64,000 bases of DNA from Selaginella moellendorffii. Its lineage: Eukaryota; Plantae; Lycopodiophyta. Positions 62,018 through 64,000 of this stretch are shown here, piece after piece; within the stretch, counting starts at the first letter, position 1; the number at the start of each line of letters is the position of its first letter. The DNA lies in contig NW_003314271.1 of the NCBI RefSeq assembly GCF_000143415.4, positions 3,021,742 to 3,085,741 of the forward strand, given 5' to 3'. The position numbers and the translations under genes were made by a program. The notes below the pieces were generated by a model. It worked only from the letters and a program-made list of their open reading frames with translations. It did not search any database and had not been told where the DNA came from.

Positions 62018-63079
62018 TGTTGTAAATGTGTTCAAGTTGTTCAAGTTGTTCAAGTGTTAGTAAAATAGGGCTTAACATCTGTATTTAGCCTGACAAGCAT
62101 AAGGAAAGAATTCCTAAGTGTTTATTTAGCCAAACATACTTGGCATGGCTTGTTAATTTTCTTTTACTCTGTCTTGCACTAGTTTGATAAAAACCCTCGT
62201 ATATTGAAACTAATCCCTCAATATTGTCAGGTAATAGCTTACCGTGTTTGCCAAACACCTTCAATATCATGCACCTTGTATTAATTCCATTTGGTCCTAA
62301 TTGCTATTTATGGAAAATGTCTAGATTTGCTCATTTAGCATATCTATAGAATGTAGAGATTGTTCTGAACACAATAGTGTTAATCCCATGTCCAAATTTA
62401 CAATCTAACACAATTCTATATTTAGTAAGTTTTGAGTTAGTCCCCGAGACTAACTCTTGGTATTAAGGATGGCTAAGGGTGAAAGCCCAAAGTGTGCATT
62501 TCTCGGGGGGAGGGGCGGCTGTGGGGGGTTCCATCCAAATGTAAAGTAGGGATAGATGGTAGGTTAGGCATGGTAGACCAACTTGAGGTATTAATAGTTT
62601 AGCTCCCATTTGCATGCTTATATTTGTTCTAGATATAGCATAGGCCTAAGCCCAAGTTCTATATGAAGCTAATTGGTGGAATACCTATATCTTTGTGTTA
62701 GGCCATTAGTGTACTGAAATAGTGTGAGAATCTATTTGGCTGTATTTTGCATGTTAGTCCTAGCATTGGGATGCTAGATGCTTTAGGACTATTACAAGTT
62801 GCTCTATGCTCTTGTCCTTTTTCTCCTTGGGGTGTACACTCAGAAGTCACTCTGTACTCCAGTTCTGTCGGTCCTTGGCTCTATACTTGGGAGTTTAGGT
62901 TCGTTCCTTCATTCAGTGGCCCAAGGCCCTGAAACTTGGGTTCTGCTCTGTTGTCTTTGGACACATGGCAAGTGGTATATGGCATGTGACATGTGGCACA
63001 TGGATGGTTTATATTCTGCTTCATGGTTATCCTATGGTAAATTACCATAGGATAAATGGTAAAAACCACGTGTGCTATA
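62018..63079 (+). mobile_element. Decayed family A LTR preceded by PPT
   Basis: Homologous to 59402-60547; aagggggggaaag PPT immediately upstream. Confidence 0.8.
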
Positions 63080-64000
63080 GTTAAGCGAACCATGTGGTGA
63101 ATGCTAACAGATTATGGGAAAGGAAATATGTTTTCCAGGATGGGATTCCTAATACTTAAATTTAGCAAAAGGCAATTGCTCTAAGAGATGGAGTGGCAAA
63201 GTAGACAAATGAAAAGGCCATAAACAACCCTAACATAAATTATAGATAAGTGGAACTTAATGGCTTAGAGTGGCATAAAATAAAAGAAAGTATGATAGTG
63301 CCTTTAAATAAAGAACTTCCTAAAATTAGGAACTAAAGTTTGCACAATCTGTGCAATGTAAGGTGCTAGAAAATTGACTCTAGATGTCAATATTAAAGTT
63401 CTAAAGTGCAATGGTTATGTTAGTAGAGGCTAAGGCTACTTCAAAATGAGTAGTAAGATTGAAAGTGTCTCTAATAGGTTTAACGAGGGGTAACCATAAG
63501 TATTCTAATAAATCTTTAAGTTAGAGAGACTATACTCCTTAGAGGATGGGCAAGGTTTAGTAAGCTTTTGGTATTGAACTATTAATGAACAATAGTATGG
63601 TGCCATGGATGAAGATGGTAATCCATGATAGAGTTACTTTATAAAATGGTATATCATTTAATAAGGATATCAAACTTCATCTATGGGTGATGGAGTTATA
63701 AAACACAAATTCCTAAGCCCCAAAGTGGAGCCAGAAGTGTGCCACATGATAGTGGTTAAAGGAGAAGTCCAACAAGCATAACATGTTTGGATCAAAAGCT
63801 CCAACTCAAACAAAGTGCTCAAGAAATAAGCACAAAACAATCAATAAATGAGTATCTAAAAAGGGACATTAGATTAAAACATGGCAAGTGTTGTAATATA
63901 TGGAAGTGTTGGGACAAAATTTGGGATGGAGTCTGAGATGGGGACTGAGACCGAGACCGAGATGGGGACCAAGACCAACACCGAGACTGAGACCGCGATT
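63080..64000 (+). mobile_element. Decayed family B 3' internal region, PPT and start of LTR (63697 onward)
   Basis: Collinear with ~23150-24050. Confidence 0.75.

Overview
Repeat-dense eukaryotic DNA, most likely from a seed-free land plant. This is inferred from ~50-60 bp GT-AG introns, tRNA-iMet PBS sites, G-boxes and a Cassandra element, which suggest a Selaginella-like lycophyte or fern; the host cannot be proven from the sequence. Most of the window is nested LTR retrotransposon DNA: two families (A and B), solo LTRs, a young non-coding LARD-type copy, a decayed Ty3/gypsy pol and a 5S-containing Cassandra TRIM. A small island at 9-13.5 kb holds intronless genes: a minimal USP deubiquitinase and an unknown ORF. 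The main finding is an 11.9-kb Mutator-like DNA transposon (37853-49714) with ~20-bp imperfect TIRs and a 9-bp TSD. Besides a GCM-domain/DDE/SWIM transposase, it carries a divergently transcribed, intron-containing gene fusing a ParB/Srx-like domain to a bacterial-type beta-class N4-C/N6-A DNA methyltransferase fold. It also carries two tandem zf-XS-like zinc-finger genes, a GC-rich hairpin island and perfect palindromes. In this copy both large genes have nonsense or frameshift lesions. Several more decayed copies of the family lie elsewhere in the window. All domain calls are by eye from motifs; no searches were run.
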